DNA of 63,698 bases, counting the filler, from Klebsormidium nitens (Eukaryota > Plantae > Klebsormidiophyceae): assembly GCA_000708835.1 (NCBI GenBank). It is 8 parts of 8 records of this genome, joined end to end, with 100 filler letters (N's around TTAATTAATTAA, not from the genome) between each part and the next. Parts side by side here need not be neighbours in the genome. Positions count along the whole stretch, not along the records: positions 58,274 to 61,482 come from DF238594.1; positions 61,583 to 63,698 come from DF238737.1; 6 more parts are not named here. The stretch is one strand, 5' to 3'. Shown one piece after another: positions 60,441 to 63,698 of the stretch (its first letter is position 1; each line of letters begins with the position of its first letter). Under the pieces are notes generated by a model. It was not told the origin of the DNA. It did no database searches and saw only the letters and a program-made list of their open reading frames with translations. Made by a program: the position numbers and the translations under genes.

Positions 60441-61482
60441 TTTTTTTTGTACGTCCAAATCTCCGCACGTGACCTCTTATACGTGCGGCAAACCCCTGCG
60501 ATCATGCCCGCGTCGTAGCGCTTGCGGGGACCCGTCGCCCGGCCGCGCGTATCTTGCATCTTGACTGGAAAGCGCAACCGTCTGATGACATGTTGTCTAC
60601 CAGTACGATTACGATTTTGCACGCTGGAATCAGGCAGTGGCAGCCTGCTTATATCAGTACCGGGCAGGATTGTGTCGACTGAGCATCCCACAACTTTCAA
60701 CCGGTAGCAGGATTCATAGGCCCTAGAGCCCTACAACCACTGATTATCCATAAGCTATATCTAAGTCTGACCAGCCCGCTGCCCGACATTTCACCGCTTT
60801 AGCACCGGTCTCAGTTTCTCGACTGAACATAGCTTGGAGAGTGCCCGGTAGTTATTTATACGCTGGCTGACCGGCTCTACACATGCAACAGCCGTCCGAT
60901 GATCTTTGAGCACGCGTTTGAGATGCTCCGATTGTGTGTATTTACGCTGCGATAAACCACTATTTATCTAATGGGTTAATAAGCACTTCAGAAGGGAGCC
61001 TCTCGGGAGCCTCCCCTAAAAGAAGGCTCATCGGAAGGCAAACCCGAGCATTCACACCGCATCGCGGTTTGGCATCCCCCCCCCCCCCCCCCCTTCCTTC
61101 AATAAATCTTTTTTTGACGTTATCATTCAGTTGATTTCTCGACGCCGCGGCACACAAACTCAGCTAGCTCCGGGCGGCTAAAGTGTCCTAAACCCTTAGC
61201 AATATTGCGCGCGACCGCTCGAGATCAGGTAATTTCAAGTTGCCGGCCGGCCGGTACAATTCTTCGATCCGGTACCTATGTGACGTTTGGGCTATGGTTA
61301 AGTCTAACCGCTCTAACGCACGAGATTAAGTCCGCAGTCACGTGGTGACATGTGGCAGGTAAAGTCCACTGTCGTTTGTGACACGTGGCAATGTCGAAGT
61401 AATGTTCGATAATCATTATTGTTGGACATGTCGACAGTAGTATAAGTAGAGCAACTAGACTGGCATGTCTTTTGCATGACCA

Positions 61483-61582
61483 NNNNNNNNNNNNNNNNNN
61501 NNNNNNNNNNNNNNNNNNNNNNNNNNTTAATTAATTAANNNNNNNNNNNNNNNNNNNNNNNNNNNNNNNNNNNNNNNNNNNN
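61483..61582. other. Artificial contig linker
   Basis: 44 N + TTAATTAATTAA + 44 N. Confidence 0.98.
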
Positions 61583-62452
61583 GTACGCCGAAAACTTTTC
61601 GGCCAGCGACAGTCGGCGAAACCGACCGTTTTCCGGTGAAATCCCCACCGACCGTGCGTTTTCCGGCTAGTGTGAGCGTGGTCTGAGAGTTGGTGTCTGC
61701 TCTGCTGTCGCCTAGCTTTAGATCTTGCGTTTTTGCTGTTGAGGTATGAATGCTGGAAATGAGAATTTACAGTCGGAAATTTGAAATTTATAGGCCCGCA
61801 TTGCTGCCTCACGGGACGGTCCGGTCGGGACGGTCCGACCAAAAAGCCCCGGCCCCTACATTCGACCACGTATAAAAAGGCAAACTCCGGAATTTTGATT
61901 GTGCTTCCACGTGGTGCAATGTGAGGGCCGCGTGCGTCGACGAATAAGTCCAGAACTGTCCAGATGCCTTGCGTATATGGCTTTTTCGATTCCGGAGCGG
62001 GTCGGGACGGGACCCTTAGCGACCCATCGAGGCCACCGGCCGCGACGGTCGGGGGGGCACGTGGCGGCACGAGTGGGCAGTTTTAGGGGTGCTTCCCATG
62101 CGGCCGTTTCCGGTACATTATCGACAGATTATACCGGAAACCGGAGAAAATCACCGTTCCATGGGACCCTTTCCGCTAGATCTGAGCCGGTTTCGCGCGC
62201 AAACTTCCGCTACATCTTGTCGATTTCCGCTTCCGGTGAACTGCCCGTATACATCCCACAGATTGTAGCGGGCTCCGTTATAATCCACCGTGGCACTTCG
62301 GAGACATCCCATTGGTCCGCTTCGTTCCCCCGGGATTGCCCGCGCCCGCCTTGCCACTGGCAGCACTCAGACAAGTGCAGACTGGACGGGTCTGCTGCAG
62401 CAAGGGATACCAGGCGAGAAAGTCAGCAAGGCCCGGCGGGCAGGGAGGCTTC

Positions 62453-63361
62453 ATGGCGTTCCCCGATATGGGCGCGGCAATGCTGCTCTATCCCCATGCT
62501 GTAGGTTTTGTGAGCAAGATAGAGCCCTCAAGCTTTGTGCAAGCACACCCTCACCAAGTTGCTACCGAAATGGGAATGGACGCCGAGTTTTGTCAGCTCG
62601 CTTGCTTTGACCCAAGCTCCGTGGACAGTATGCTTCCTTTAGTTAGCATCATCGAGCAACTCCAGCAAGCTGTGGCTGCTCGACTTGCGCATCAATTGAA
62701 TCAGTCCCAGTTTGGACACGTGACACAGCAGAGCGCTGGTTTTGTCACGCCGGAAAAGGCTCCTGCAGGAGTGTCACATAGTGGGGGACCACAGATTGTG
62801 CAAGCCGGGGTAGATGCAGGAGGTGACACTGTTGTCTTGCCAGGGGCTCCTGCAGGTGCTGCAAAGAAGACCAGGACGAACTGGTCGGTGTATGAAGGCG
62901 ACATGCTGATTGCTGTGATGAAGATACATGAGGATGCGCTGCTGGATCCAAGCACAGGAATCAAGTATAGGACAATGAGCGCGGCAGAGAAGTTCACCAT
63001 GATCAGCGAGCGCTTGGCTCAGCTGGATCCACCAGTGTACCGCACAATCAGCCAGATCGAAGACAAGTGGGACAGGATGACGAGCGATTTTAAGAAGGTG
63101 TATGACTGGGACAAGCAGCCTCCAAGTGGGAAACCCTCGTACTGGAACATGCCACAGGAGATGAAGCGGGATCAGAAGATGCCTCCAGCGTTTACCAAGG
63201 CTCTCTTTGACAGGCAAGTACTACTTGCAGTTCCCATTCTCTCTCTGGCTGCCAGTTGCAACTTACGCTTGACAGTCATCCTTTGTGCGGCTTTCTTCAA
63301 CGTACATCGTATCAGTAAGCATGCTACAGGGAAACAGTTTGTGACTTGCGGTGCAATCTAG
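62453..63361 (+). CDS. Myb/SANT-like (trihelix / Harbinger-ORF2-like) DNA-binding protein; 3' end uncertain
   Basis: NWSVYEGDMLI..KFTMISERL..RTISQIEDKWDRMTSDFKKVYDW..PSGKPSYWNM..KRDQKMPPAFTKALFD. First ATG at 62453; candidate GC donor AG|GCAAGT at 63214. Confidence 0.8.
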   Translation: MAFPDMGAAMLLYPHAVGFVSKIEPSSFVQAHPHQVATEMGMDAEFCQLACFDPSSVDSMLPLVSIIEQLQQAVAARLAHQLNQSQFGHVTQQSAGFVTPEKAPAGVSHSGGPQIVQAGVDAGGDTVVLPGAPAGAAKKTRTNWSVYEGDMLIAVMKIHEDALLDPSTGIKYRTMSAAEKFTMISERLAQLDPPVYRTISQIEDKWDRMTSDFKKVYDWDKQPPSGKPSYWNMPQEMKRDQKMPPAFTKALFDRQVLLAVPILSLAASCNLRLTVILCAAFFNVHRISKHATGKQFVTCGAI

Positions 63362-63698
63362 TTGAGAGCTTTTAAGATGCTGAAAAGAGGTAAGTCAAGT
63401 TCATGGAGAAGTAACTCAACACCTATGGATTGCAGAGTTCGTTGATTGAAGCAATTAAGTCTTCAATATACTCTGAAGCAGGGGTTTGAAGAGCACATCA
63501 GCTAAGGGGGGGAGGACTGTAACGGCACGACTGCGCACCGACTCCCGGCTGCGCGCCGAACTCGCGGCTGCCGCGCATCGTCCGTTATTTTACGCTGTCG
63601 ACTTATTGAATCACTACACGCCACGTGTCCAGGTTACTGCTTCACCGAGTGACCGTTCGATAAAGACCCACGTGCACCGCGCGCCTGGGAACCGTCCG

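Noticed and set aside
1-63698. Prokaryotic defence island, prophage, rRNA or tRNA genes
   Set aside because: All recognisable genes have spliceosomal introns and eukaryotic families; no rRNA, tRNA, integrase or phage hallmark was seen.

Overview
Eukaryotic, intron-rich DNA, probably a streptophyte alga such as Klebsormidium (inferred from gene content and GC-rich exons, not proven). The window is eight unrelated contigs joined by seven artificial 100-nt linkers (44 N + TTAATTAATTAA + 44 N), so no linkage can be inferred across them. Contig 1 (1-14480) looks like most of a Kyakuja-Dileera-Zisupton (KDZ) DNA transposon. It carries a frame-consistent 7-exon transposase (about 1057 aa; two SWIM-like fingers, a CxC4-like cluster and a KDZ catalytic domain) and a convergent multi-exon partner gene with a WP-motif helical region, a C2HC finger and about 17 coding 39-nt repeats broken by one 38-nt unit. 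TTTGAC-containing motifs occur at both ends. The other contigs hold a TM-ankyrin gene fragment, a decayed gag-only LTR-like element, a plastid-type conserved protein head-to-head with an ABCB half-transporter, an SPL1/12/14/16-class SBP transcription factor with 13 GTAC sites in 357 bp upstream, an XK-like membrane gene fragment abutting an LTR-like end, an EMAPII/Arc1p-type tRNA-binding protein, a Myb/SANT (trihelix-like) gene, and several distinct short-motif or palindrome arrays. All gene models were built by hand from GT/AG signals and codon phase; no database search was run.
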